From: Acidobacteriota bacterium
GTDB lineage: Bacteria > Acidobacteriota > UBA890 > WLXD01
NCBI GenBank assembly: GCA_965248845.1
Contig: CBDFKO010000002.1
Span: forward strand, 2,012,564-2,076,563
Length of the DNA stretch: 64,000 nucleotides
Direction: 5' to 3'
Shown: one piece after another, positions 9,543-18,702 of the stretch
How the letters are laid out: every line of letters starts with the position of its first letter
How positions within the stretch are numbered: the stretch's first letter is position 1
Translations under genes and position numbers: made by a program
The notes under the pieces: generated by a model
The model's database searches: none
What the model saw: the letters and a program-made list of their open reading frames with translations, nothing else
Told to the model about the DNA's origin: nothing

Positions 9543-10229
9543 CTAGAAGGAGAAGGCGCCGAAGTAGGCGCTCTGACCGTGCGGGTCGCTCCACCGGATG
9601 CCCAGCGAGGGCCCGCGGTAGGCGTACTCGCGGGCCACCGCCGTGGTGCTGTCGTGCAGCTCGATAAAGGGCTCGTACCATTCCATTTGCCCGCAACTGA
9701 CGAGGTCCTGGTGGCGTGGCGGCAAAGCCTCGGCGGCGACGCGCACGGCTTCACCCGCACGCACCCGGTAACCCTGGCCCATGGCGCCGAACTCGACCGG
9801 CGCGCTGATCACCTCGATCACCTCGCCGAACATGGGTCCGAGGCGTGTGGCGAACAAGGACGCGAGCACTTCTTGCTGCGCCGGGCTCCCCGACTGGTCG
9901 ACGTACAGAACCGTGTTGCGGGGTGCCTCGGGGTGCAGAGCCAGATTCTGGTCCCCGGCGACAACCGCAACGATCGACAGCCCGTCGAGCGACACGCCTT
10001 CCTGCCACCCCTCTTGGACGTGCCAGGCAAGTACTGCCTCACGACCCATCGTGTGGGCCTCCGAGGACATGATGCAGCCGCCTATGAAGACCTGCGCTGA
10101 GCGCGCCTCGAGGTAGATGCCGCGCACCGACTCGCTGGGGGTCGCGGCGATCGACAGGGGTACGGACAGGAAGGCGGCGATCAGTGCGGCGGTTATCCTA
10201 CGCATGGGTCTGTGCTCCGGTCGGTTCAT
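9543..10229 (-). CDS. Hypothetical secreted protein (228 aa)
   Basis: Signal peptide MRRITAALIAAFLSVPLSIAA (likely start 10205). Same strand and immediately downstream of the molybdoenzyme operon. Confidence 0.45.
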   Translation of the reverse strand: MNRPEHRPMRRITAALIAAFLSVPLSIAATPSESVRGIYLEARSAQVFIGGCIMSSEAHTMGREAVLAWHVQEGWQEGVSLDGLSIVAVVAGDQNLALHPEAPRNTVLYVDQSGSPAQQEVLASLFATRLGPMFGEVIEVISAPVEFGAMGQGYRVRAGEAVRVAAEALPPRHQDLVSCGQMEWYEPFIELHDSTTAVAREYAYRGPSLGIRWSDPHGQSAYFGAFSF

Positions 10230-10277
10230 GGGTGCGCAGCAGCCGATTCTAACAGGCCGTGGTGAAACTCTGGCCTG

Positions 10278-10496
10278 CTAGTGGCCCTCGCAGCAGTCAC
10301 GGTCCTGAGTGCACAGATCCAGGTGTGCCAGGGCGCCGTCCGGGCCGATCTCGCGCGCCGTGCACACACACCAATAGCAGGCGGTATCGGAGCGTGTGAG
10401 GCGTCCCGGCTGCGTGTACTCGGCCGGGATGTACATCTTCTTCGTGCGCAGGTGCTTGCACCCGATCGCTACGGTGTTTGCCGGGGCGTCGCTCAT
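10278..10496 (-). CDS. Small Cys-rich protein (72 aa), translationally coupled to the molybdoenzyme FAD subunit
   Basis: Start overlaps the stop of the upstream FAD-subunit gene by 4 nt. Seven Cys in 72 aa (GCKHL, ACYWCVC, DLC, DCCEGH). GC3-rich codons argue for real coding. No signal peptide. Confidence 0.45.
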   Translation of the reverse strand: MSDAPANTVAIGCKHLRTKKMYIPAEYTQPGRLTRSDTACYWCVCTAREIGPDGALAHLDLCTQDRDCCEGH

Positions 10497-11500
10497 GCGG
10501 ATGCTCCATCGCCGTCGATCGCGGCCATGATCGCGCGCTTCACCGCGGCTGCCGCGATGTGCACCTTGTAAGCATTGTGTGGCATCGGGTCGGCGTCGGC
10601 GACGGCTGCCTCGGCGGCAGACTCGGCCGTCGCCCAGGTCGCCGGAGCTCCGGCGAGGACGGCCTCCGCGGTCTCAGAGCGCCAGGGCACCGGAGCCACC
10701 GCGCCCAACACGACGCGGGCACCCGGCTCGATGCTGTTGCCGTCGACCCGCATCGCGACCGAGGCGATCGCCAGCGGCCAGTCGTGCGACTGTTTGAACT
10801 TGACCACATACGATGCCGAGCGGGTCGCCCCACCTGCCGGCAGTTGCACCGCGGTTATCACCTCGTCTGGACGGAGGCTGTTCTCCACCCGAACGTTGGA
10901 CTCCGGTCGCACGAACATCCGCGACAGGGCGATCTGCCGCTCGCCGGCGGCACCGGCCACATGGGCCACGGCGTCATAGGCAATCAGCGCCGGGGCACAG
11001 CTCGACGGATGGACGATGGCACAGCGGGCGTTGCCGAAAATCGCGTGGTAGCGGTTCTCGCCGCCCTGGGCGAAGCAGGCGTCTCCGCCCTTCTTCAGAC
11101 AGTTGAACAGATCGGACCGGAAGTACCAGCAGCGCGGGCGCTGGCACAGATTTCCGCCGAGCGTTCCACGGTTGCGGATCTGCGGTGTCCCGACGCTCTC
11201 GGCGGCCACCGTGAGTGCCGGGTAGCGGGCTTGCACCTCGGCATGGCCGACCAGGTCGGACAGCGTCACCAGAGCGCCGATCCGCAGGCCCCCGGCAAGT
11301 TCGCCGCCGGTGATCTCGGCGATGCTGTCGAGGCCGGCGACGCCCTTGAGGCTCACGACCCGGGCCGGTTGCGCCACGTCGTTCTTCATCAGGCCGATCA
11401 GGTCCATGCCGCCGGCCAGCGGCAGCGCTCCCACGCTCTCGGAGAGTCGTTGCGAAACCCCAGTGAGCGTTCCCGGCTCGACGTACTCGAATGCGCGCAT
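10493..11500 (-). CDS. Xanthine-dehydrogenase-family molybdoenzyme, FAD-binding medium subunit (PaoB/CoxM-like) with extra Cys cluster
   Basis: Start at MRAFEYVEP (ATG 11500..11498), overlapping the large-subunit TGA by 1 nt. FAD-binding PCMH region reads LAGGMDLIGLMK and TLGGNL. Additional Cys (CQRPRCWYF...NC...DAC...ARC...SSC) are reminiscent of the PaoB [4Fe-4S] site. Confidence 0.85.
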   Translation of the reverse strand: MRAFEYVEPGTLTGVSQRLSESVGALPLAGGMDLIGLMKNDVAQPARVVSLKGVAGLDSIAEITGGELAGGLRIGALVTLSDLVGHAEVQARYPALTVAAESVGTPQIRNRGTLGGNLCQRPRCWYFRSDLFNCLKKGGDACFAQGGENRYHAIFGNARCAIVHPSSCAPALIAYDAVAHVAGAAGERQIALSRMFVRPESNVRVENSLRPDEVITAVQLPAGGATRSASYVVKFKQSHDWPLAIASVAMRVDGNSIEPGARVVLGAVAPVPWRSETAEAVLAGAPATWATAESAAEAAVADADPMPHNAYKVHIAAAAVKRAIMAAIDGDGASA

Positions 11501-13806
11501 CAGACTGCCCCCCCGTCGGTGTCGGTTGCTATCTCCGGGAACCGCAGCGGCTTCAGCGTCCCTTCTGGGCCCTCGTGCAGGGCTGCCAGCACCTTCTCGG
11601 GGGTCAGCGGCAGCGAGTGGATGCGCACGCCGATAGCGTTGGCAACGGCGTTGGCGATCGCCGCCGCCGTCGGGATCGTCGGTGGCTCGCCGAGCCCGAT
11701 CACCCCACGCTCCGGGACGTCCATCATGTGGACCTCGATCTCCGGCATGTCGGAGGGGCCGGGCAGGTGATAGAACTCGAAGTCGGGGTTGAGCATGCGT
11801 CCGGTCGGCGGATCGAGGATGCGCTCCTCGAAGAGCGCAAAGCCGATCCCCATGATGACGCCGCCTATGACCTGGCTCTCGGCCGTCAGCAGGTCGACGA
11901 TCAGGCCGCAATCCTGGTAGGCGACGATCCGATCGACGGTGACCACGCCGGTATCGGTATCGACAGCAACCTCTGCGAACTGGGCACCGTTGACGCCGCT
12001 GGAGGACAGGCCGGGCTCCCACTGACCCTTGACCGTGACGCCCTGGGTGCCGAGGCGGCCACAAGCGCGCCTCCAGGGCATGGCGTTGCTCGGGTCAGCC
12101 TTCACGCGCACCGTGCCGTCGACCGCCTCGAGCTCCGACGGCGTCACCGCGAACTCGGGGGCGATGCGCTCGGCCAGCGCCTCGAACGCGAGCCCCGCCG
12201 TAACTCGCGCGGCCGGAGTGACCGAGGCAGCCGTGGTCGAGCCTCCCGAAGCCCCCGAGAACGGATACCGCGAGTCGCCGACGCGTGCGGTTATCGCCTC
12301 CAGCGGCAGCCCGAGGATCTCGGCCGTGACCATCGCAACCAGCGTTCGCGTTCCAGTGCCGATGTCCTGGGTGCCGATGCTCATGGTGACCGAGCCGTCC
12401 GGCTCGATCTCACAAATTGCCTGCGTGCCCCGTCCGCCGCCGCCCCAGACGCAAACCGCACAGCCCATACCATGTTTGATCGGCCCTGGGGTCGGGTCAC
12501 CGTCGGCGTGCCGTGACGACCAACCGATGTCGGTGGCGCCACGCTCCAGTTGGACCTGCCAAAGCGAGTCCTCTGGCAGGTTGCGCCGGCGGAACTCTAC
12601 GGGGTCCATCCGCAGACGCGCCGCAAGCTCGTCCATCACCCCTTCCATGATGAAGGACCCTTGAGGGTGTCCGGGTGCGCGCATCGCCCGCGCCGACCCG
12701 GCGTTGATGAAGACGTCGGAATGACGCCGCCGTCGGTTCTCGACCCCGTAGACGTAGGGCATCGGGAAGCCGGCGCCCCTGCCGATCCCGCCGGTCCCAT
12801 AGGTGTGCGCGTCGAACGCCGTGAGCTTACCCTCCGCGTCGACACCGGCGCGGACCCAGGCCATCGCGGCCGGCCGGTTACCGGTGTCCAGGTGCTCCTC
12901 GTCGCGCTCGAGCAGCATCGTCACTGCTCGTCCCGCCTGTCGCGCCAGGTCGCTGCAGACGACCCCCTGGATATCGATGCCGAACTTGGAGCCGAAGCCG
13001 CCACCCATTACCGGGGTGAGGCAGCGCACCTGGTTGGCGCCCAGCTCCACACCTTTGTCCTTCCAGTAGCCGACCAGTCCGTCCTTGGTGGCGTGGACCG
13101 CCTGCGTCGAGGCCCAGACCGTGACCGCATCACCCTGCCATTCGGCGACGACGCCGTGAGTCTCGAGCGAGCAGTGGGTCTGGACCTGGGTGCGGAAACT
13201 CCCCTCGTAGGTCACCGCCGCGGCGGCGAATCCAGCCTCGAGGTCGCCACGCTCGTCCTCTCGGCCCGGGCGCACATTGCCCTGCTCGTGGAGCATCGGG
13301 GCGCCGGGCGCAACGGCTTGCTCGGGCGCGACCACCGGCGTCAGCACCTCGTATTGCACGCGGAACTGGCGGGCAGCATCACGCGCCCGATTCTCGGTAT
13401 CGGCCGTCACGGCGCCGACCGGCTCGCCGTGGTACCTGACGATCGACCCGGGCTCCACCAGCACGTGCACGGCAGTGACACCGGGGGCCTTCTCGGCGGC
13501 GCTGGTATCGACCGACAGGACCCGGGCATGGGCGTGAGGCGATCGCACCATCTTTCCGTAGCACATGCCGGGCCGGTTGATGTCGTAGCTGTAGAGGGCC
13601 GTGCCAGTGGCCTTGTCGGGGCCGTCGAGGCGTGTCACGCGGGTGCCGATCAAACGGCGATTCTCGGGCCAGCTCCACTCCCGTGGCTTCGCGGCATCCT
13701 GTGCCCAGCGCTCGGCGCGCCCGGTGGCAGCATTGGCCCCGCCCACCGGTTCCAGTTTCTCGGCCCAACGGTCGGCGCGGTATGTGCTCTCGTCGCGCTT
13801 GGCCAT
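11500..13806 (-). CDS. Xanthine-dehydrogenase-family molybdoenzyme, molybdopterin-binding large subunit (PaoC/aldehyde-oxidoreductase-like)
   Basis: Start at MAKRDESTYR (ATG 13806). a/b-hammerhead plus MoCo-binding domains with GGGFGSKFG and TQDIGTGTRT motifs. No CODH AYxCSFR loop seen. 768 aa. Confidence 0.9.
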   Translation of the reverse strand: MAKRDESTYRADRWAEKLEPVGGANAATGRAERWAQDAAKPREWSWPENRRLIGTRVTRLDGPDKATGTALYSYDINRPGMCYGKMVRSPHAHARVLSVDTSAAEKAPGVTAVHVLVEPGSIVRYHGEPVGAVTADTENRARDAARQFRVQYEVLTPVVAPEQAVAPGAPMLHEQGNVRPGREDERGDLEAGFAAAAVTYEGSFRTQVQTHCSLETHGVVAEWQGDAVTVWASTQAVHATKDGLVGYWKDKGVELGANQVRCLTPVMGGGFGSKFGIDIQGVVCSDLARQAGRAVTMLLERDEEHLDTGNRPAAMAWVRAGVDAEGKLTAFDAHTYGTGGIGRGAGFPMPYVYGVENRRRRHSDVFINAGSARAMRAPGHPQGSFIMEGVMDELAARLRMDPVEFRRRNLPEDSLWQVQLERGATDIGWSSRHADGDPTPGPIKHGMGCAVCVWGGGGRGTQAICEIEPDGSVTMSIGTQDIGTGTRTLVAMVTAEILGLPLEAITARVGDSRYPFSGASGGSTTAASVTPAARVTAGLAFEALAERIAPEFAVTPSELEAVDGTVRVKADPSNAMPWRRACGRLGTQGVTVKGQWEPGLSSSGVNGAQFAEVAVDTDTGVVTVDRIVAYQDCGLIVDLLTAESQVIGGVIMGIGFALFEERILDPPTGRMLNPDFEFYHLPGPSDMPEIEVHMMDVPERGVIGLGEPPTIPTAAAIANAVANAIGVRIHSLPLTPEKVLAALHEGPEGTLKPLRFPEIATDTDGGAV

Positions 13807-13808
13807 GT

Positions 13809-14459
13809 TCAGTTCCCCCGCAGCCGCGCCGCGGCCGTCTCGGTGGCCTCGAAGATGCGGATGTAGGTACCGCAGCGGCAGATGTTGCCGTCGAGAGCCT
13901 TGCGGATCTCGTCGCGCGACGGCGATGGGCTCCCATCGAGCAAGGAGGCAACCGCGACCACCATGCCCGGCGTGCAAAAACCGCACATCAGCGCATCGTG
14001 CTCGACAAAGGCCGCCTGCACCGCGTGCATCGAATCCGGCGTTCCGAGCCCCTCTACCGTCGTGATCGCTCGCCCTTGCGCCTCGATGGCGAGTATCGTG
14101 CAACCGTATGCTAGGCGAGAGTCGACGATCATCGAGCAAGCTCCACAGGAGGCCCGGTCGCAGACTCGCTTGCTGCCGGTGATGTCGATCGGTCCGGTGG
14201 GCGTCTGCCCCTGGCGAAGCACGTCGAGCAAGGTCTCGCGCGGCTCGACCTCGAGCCGCAGCTCGCGCCCGTTGACCTGCAGCGTGATCGGTATCGGCCC
14301 CGGCCCCATCACCGTGCCGAGCTCGGCGGCCTCGGCACTCTGGGCGGCGGCCATGGCGGCAGCGGGCAGCACCGTGGTACCGAGCCCGCCGGCACCGACT
14401 CCTTTGATAAAGGACCGCCGCGATACGACGTCGCGGTGCTCGGCTTCAGACTCGCTCAT
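13809..14459 (-). CDS. [2Fe-2S] small subunit of the xanthine-dehydrogenase-family molybdoenzyme, with twin-arginine (Tat) signal
   Basis: Tat motif SRRSFIKGVGAGG. Ferredoxin-type cluster CDRASCGACSM and second cluster CGFCTPG...CRCGTY. Stop lies 2 nt before the large-subunit ATG. Confidence 0.9.
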   Translation of the reverse strand: MSESEAEHRDVVSRRSFIKGVGAGGLGTTVLPAAAMAAAQSAEAAELGTVMGPGPIPITLQVNGRELRLEVEPRETLLDVLRQGQTPTGPIDITGSKRVCDRASCGACSMIVDSRLAYGCTILAIEAQGRAITTVEGLGTPDSMHAVQAAFVEHDALMCGFCTPGMVVAVASLLDGSPSPSRDEIRKALDGNICRCGTYIRIFEATETAAARLRGN

Positions 14460-14583
14460 GCTTGGCGGCTCCCTGTGCAGGCGGCGGGCGCTGGCAGCGC
14501 CGCCGGGTCCGAATGCTTGCCTACAGCACCTAACACCAGCAGGCGAGGAGTCTCAAGGGGCCGCGGCAGGGAATGCGGAGCGC

Positions 14584-17220
14584 TCAGGCGTGAGCCGGGA
14601 GCGTTTGCACATGGACGCTAGGAGCGTTGCGCTCCATGGACTCCACGAGGTGCCGGTGGCAGGTGAACGCGAGGATCTGCTGGCCCTCCGCGGCGTAGAC
14701 ATCCAGCAGGGCTGCGGTGGCGCGAGCCCGGTCGTCATCGAAGTTGACGAGGATGTCGTCGGCGACCAGCGGCAGCGGAACCGCCTCGGAGCCGTAGACC
14801 TTCGCCAGCGCCAGCCGCATCGCCAGGTAGAGCTGTTCCCCAGTGCCACGCGACAGAGCCCACGGCGCCAGCCGCTCCCCCGTCAACGCCCGCTCGACCT
14901 CGAGCCGACTCTCGCCGAGTGGCGCGATGACGCGCGTGTAGTGGCCGTCGGTCATCATCGCCAGATAACGACTGGCGGTTCGCAGGATCTCGGGCTGGCG
15001 TTCGGCTTCGTACTTGCGCTTGGCCTCGTCGTAGAGCGCGGCGGCCACGGCATGACCGGCCCACTCTTGGATGGTATGGGCCAGCGCAGCGCGCCGGCTC
15101 TCACGGCCGACCAGCCGGTTGGACAGCTCCGGGTCGGTCTCCAGAGCTTCGATCTGTTGCCGCAGCGCGCCGAGGTTCTCGGCCACAGCGTCCCGGTCGG
15201 CCCGGGCGCTCGTCAGCTTGCCCTGCGCGTCGCCGACGGTCCGAGCCAGGCTCTCCGGATCCCAGCGCTCGAGGCGGGCGCGGAACGCCGCGAAGCCCTC
15301 GTCACCAGCGAGCGCCTTGATCGCGGCGCGACCGCGAGCGTGCTCATCGAGCACGTGGCGCACACGAGCTCGGTGGGCCTCGACGTCGTCGAGCTCCGCC
15401 TGCACGCCCTTGATGGCACCGACCAGCGGGTCGACCATCTTCATGGCGTCGTAGCGCAGGTCTTCGATGGAACGGTCGATCTGCTCGAAGACCGTCAGCA
15501 CGTTCATGCAGGCCTGCTGCAGCTCTGCCTTGACGGTGCTCACAGCAGCCTCAGCCGCGCTGGCGGTCTGGTCCTTGTCCTGTGTTTGCTTGATCCGATC
15601 CAACAGGTCGAGCGCGCCCTGAGTCGTCAGGTCGGCCGGCAGATGATGGCTCGACAACCAGTCCTGCCACTCGCTTCGCGCCCCGAGATCATCCTCCTTG
15701 GCCAGCTCGTGCTGGTGCCACAGGTCGGCCTCGCGCTCGGCGGAGAACGCTTGCTCAGAGCGCCGCTGGCGAAGGCCTCGCGCGTGTAACCACGTGACCA
15801 ACGTTCCCAGGAGTGCACCGACCGAGACGATGCTTGCCACGCTTGCCAGGCGCGCCTCCTCCGGCACGAGGACGGCCGTGAGCACGACCGCCAGAACGAC
15901 GAGCCCCCAGGAGATCATCAGAGTGCCACGGGTGATCTGCTCACGGCTCTCCTGGATCGCCTCGTAAACCAGGTTGGCGTCCGCCGCGCGCGTCTCCGAC
16001 GCGGTGATGCTGGTCTGCGCCTGCTGCTGGCGGTCGCTCCAGCGGCGAATCTCGTCGCGCGCCGTGATATCGGTCCGGCTGTTGCGTACGCGCTCGAGCG
16101 ACCAGATCGAGCCTAGATCCTCCAGGTCGTTGAAGAGCGCGTGCCGCAGCGCGCTAGCTTCCTGCTGGCGGTCGAGCACACTCGAATGCAGCTCGGTGAG
16201 ACGGTCGGCCTGGGCCAGGAGGGCGCGGATCTTGTTGGCCTCCTCGAGGAGGCCACGCTGGTGCTTCGACATGACCTCGAGGGCGGCGATTGTCCCCGCG
16301 TCGACCGTGATCGAGGCTGCCTGCACCGCTACCGAGCTCTTCGGTAGCCCTTTCCGATCGGCCCCGTCGGCACGTGCCTCGAGCGCATCCTCCACCGCGG
16401 CCGCGCGTTGGCGGAGCTGCTCGGGCTCGACGCCGATCGACCGCAGTATCTCCTCGGCACCCAGCAACGATTCATAGGAGGCCCACGCCCCCTGCGCCCG
16501 CTGCACCGCCTCGCATTCCATGCGGCGCTGTTCGAGTGCTGCGTCGCATTCGTTCAACCGCTCGCGCGTGCGCTTGATCTGACGTGACAGCTCGGCATGC
16601 TCCTCGGGTCGTTGCCGCAGCCGCTCGATCTGTTCCTCATCGGCTTCGATCTCTGCGAGAAGGCGCGCCAGTGGCTGTTTCTTGCCCTTGGGCCGGTACA
16701 GGTCGTCCATCCACTCCTGCAATTGGGCACGGAAAGCGACGGGGCTAACAGCGCCCGAGCCCATGCCGGCGCTGTAGATGTGGCCGGCAACTTCGTCCGC
16801 TTGCAAAGTGTCGAGCTGCTGCAGCTCGTCGAGCCCGAAGGCGAAGACATTCTCGTACAGGGTCTCGGTCGTATGACACAGCAGGTTCTGCAGCTTGGCC
16901 TCGGAGAACTGCTCGTCCTTCTCGTCGGTGACCTCCACGGTGCCGCGCGAGCTGCTGCCCTGGCTGCGCCGGATCCGGTAGCCAGCCCCGTCGATGTCGA
17001 TCTCGAGGAAGCCCCCGTGGAGACCCCCACGGAGCGGCTCGTAGCGATGCGGATCGCCACGTCGTTTGAAGCCGAACAGGATCGCCCTGATGAAGGCCAT
17101 GAGGGTCGACTTGCCGCCCTCGTTGGGTGCCAAGAAGAGGTTGAGTCCTGGGCTCAGATCGCGTAGGTCCAGGTCCTTCCAGATCCCGAAGCCCTCGACG
17201 TGGATGCGGCGGAAGATCAT
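14584..17220 (-). CDS. SbcC-like/AAA-family ATPase with central transmembrane segment (YhaN/SbcE-like)
   Basis: Start at MIFRRIHVEGFGIW (ATG 17220). N-terminal Walker A LAPNEGGKST; long coiled-coil middle with two hydrophobic helices (ISWGLVVLAVVLTAVLV, IVSVGALLGTLVTWL). C-terminal signature/Walker-B/D-loop LPLVADDILVNFDDDR. Confidence 0.8.
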   Translation of the reverse strand: MIFRRIHVEGFGIWKDLDLRDLSPGLNLFLAPNEGGKSTLMAFIRAILFGFKRRGDPHRYEPLRGGLHGGFLEIDIDGAGYRIRRSQGSSSRGTVEVTDEKDEQFSEAKLQNLLCHTTETLYENVFAFGLDELQQLDTLQADEVAGHIYSAGMGSGAVSPVAFRAQLQEWMDDLYRPKGKKQPLARLLAEIEADEEQIERLRQRPEEHAELSRQIKRTRERLNECDAALEQRRMECEAVQRAQGAWASYESLLGAEEILRSIGVEPEQLRQRAAAVEDALEARADGADRKGLPKSSVAVQAASITVDAGTIAALEVMSKHQRGLLEEANKIRALLAQADRLTELHSSVLDRQQEASALRHALFNDLEDLGSIWSLERVRNSRTDITARDEIRRWSDRQQQAQTSITASETRAADANLVYEAIQESREQITRGTLMISWGLVVLAVVLTAVLVPEEARLASVASIVSVGALLGTLVTWLHARGLRQRRSEQAFSAEREADLWHQHELAKEDDLGARSEWQDWLSSHHLPADLTTQGALDLLDRIKQTQDKDQTASAAEAAVSTVKAELQQACMNVLTVFEQIDRSIEDLRYDAMKMVDPLVGAIKGVQAELDDVEAHRARVRHVLDEHARGRAAIKALAGDEGFAAFRARLERWDPESLARTVGDAQGKLTSARADRDAVAENLGALRQQIEALETDPELSNRLVGRESRRAALAHTIQEWAGHAVAAALYDEAKRKYEAERQPEILRTASRYLAMMTDGHYTRVIAPLGESRLEVERALTGERLAPWALSRGTGEQLYLAMRLALAKVYGSEAVPLPLVADDILVNFDDDRARATAALLDVYAAEGQQILAFTCHRHLVESMERNAPSVHVQTLPAHA

Positions 17221-18557
17221 CAGGTGTAGTCGCTCTCTTCGGGCGCCAAGTGTTCGATCGCCATCGTCTCGGCCTGATTCGCGAGCCGATCCCAGTCGAG
17301 CACGTTCCAAGGGTCGCGGCCCAGCGCCCGGTTCAGGCGCGGGCTGTCGAGCAGCTCGCTGAGCGAGCGGCGCGCGACTTTGGCGACCTCGGTCTCGGTG
17401 CCGGGTGCCCGTGCATCGGCCACGTCGGCGCTCGGCGGGATCGGCGGCGTGTCACGCAGCTCGGCCGCGAGTCGCAGCACGTCGCCCAGGTAGTCCTGCT
17501 GTGTGCGCAGGCGGCCCATGTCGCGCACCGGCCGGGTGCTCAGGTCGATGCGCTCGAGCCAGACGATGCCGCCCTCGGCGCGAATGCCCTCGGCGGCGCG
17601 CGCGGCGTCGCAAAGCTCCTGCACCTTGCCCGGGCGGCCGAGCTCCTCGTGAAGCGGTCCGCTGCCCGTGAGCATCCAGCGCGCGATGTGAACGCGGTCG
17701 GCGGCCGTGCCGCGCAGCGAACCGGCCTGCTCTGCAAGCGCGCCGAGCACCTCGTCGATCGACTCGATGTCGTCGATCTTCGTGCGCAGTCGGTGCCAGC
17801 GGACAACGTCCGTCCAGATTGGCTCGAGGTCGACCGTACCGTCCTCGGAGACCGTCACGAGCGTGGCGCCGCGCGCCCCTGGCTCCTTGGTGTGCAAGCC
17901 CTGCGGATTACCCGGGTAGTGCACGACCGGTCGTTCGCGGTGCAGCGTCTCGCGGGTGTGCACGTGCCCGAGCGCCCAGTAGTCGTAGCCCGAGCCCACG
18001 AGCTCCGCGAGGCGGCAAGGGGCATAGCGGGCATAGCCCGTCCTGTCGCCGACGTTGGTGTGAAGAACGGCGATGTTGAACGGGCCGGTGGGCCGCTTCG
18101 GGAAGTCGGCGGCCAGATTCCGGTAGGTCGCCGACTTGGCATACGAGACGCCGTAGACGTGTGCCAGCTCCTCGTTGTCACGTAGCAGGACGTAGGGCTC
18201 GACCTGAGGACTGAAGGTATGGACCGAGGCTGGCAGCTCGACGGTCGCGGAGAGGCTGCCGAGCGGGTCGTGGTTGCCTGCTGCGATCAAGGTCGGGATC
18301 CCAACCTCGTCGAGACGCCGGAGCTGTTCCCGGAGCAGGACTTGGGCGCGCAGGTTGCGGTCGCCGCCGTCGAACAGGTCCCCGGCGATGATCACCGCGT
18401 CGACATGGCGGTCGATCGCTGCGGTGACGATGCGAGCGAAGGCCTCGTTAGGCGCGTCGCGCAGCCGGTCGCGCAGCGCACGCGGCATCCTCCCGAGGCC
18501 ACGAGTCGGGGCCCCCAGGTGAATATCGGCGCAGTGAATGAAAGAAAAAGCAGACAT
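17220..18557 (-). CDS. Calcineurin-like metallophosphoesterase, SbcD/Mre11-like exonuclease (YhaO/SbcF-like)
   Basis: Start MSAFSFIHCADIHLG (DxH), followed by AGDLFD and GNHD motifs. Its stop overlaps the start of the downstream ATPase by 1 nt (TGATG). Confidence 0.8.
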   Translation of the reverse strand: MSAFSFIHCADIHLGAPTRGLGRMPRALRDRLRDAPNEAFARIVTAAIDRHVDAVIIAGDLFDGGDRNLRAQVLLREQLRRLDEVGIPTLIAAGNHDPLGSLSATVELPASVHTFSPQVEPYVLLRDNEELAHVYGVSYAKSATYRNLAADFPKRPTGPFNIAVLHTNVGDRTGYARYAPCRLAELVGSGYDYWALGHVHTRETLHRERPVVHYPGNPQGLHTKEPGARGATLVTVSEDGTVDLEPIWTDVVRWHRLRTKIDDIESIDEVLGALAEQAGSLRGTAADRVHIARWMLTGSGPLHEELGRPGKVQELCDAARAAEGIRAEGGIVWLERIDLSTRPVRDMGRLRTQQDYLGDVLRLAAELRDTPPIPPSADVADARAPGTETEVAKVARRSLSELLDSPRLNRALGRDPWNVLDWDRLANQAETMAIEHLAPEESDYT

Positions 18558-18702
18558 CGTCAGCCCACCCGGCCGGCGGATCGATACGCCCCCCGTTCGA
18601 TCCGCCGGACGCTCGCATGCGACGGCAACTCTGTGCGACACTGCTACCCGGTAGAGTGCCGCAGCGCCCAATGATAGTCCGACAAGGACTGCGGAGGTAC
18701 CG

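Noticed and set aside
10478-15789. Series of long plus-strand ORFs (10478..11770, 12550..13866, 13882..15789) antisense to the molybdoenzyme and ATPase genes
   Set aside because: All lie opposite strongly supported minus-strand genes with conserved motifs. They are stop-codon-poor antisense frames of GC-rich coding DNA.
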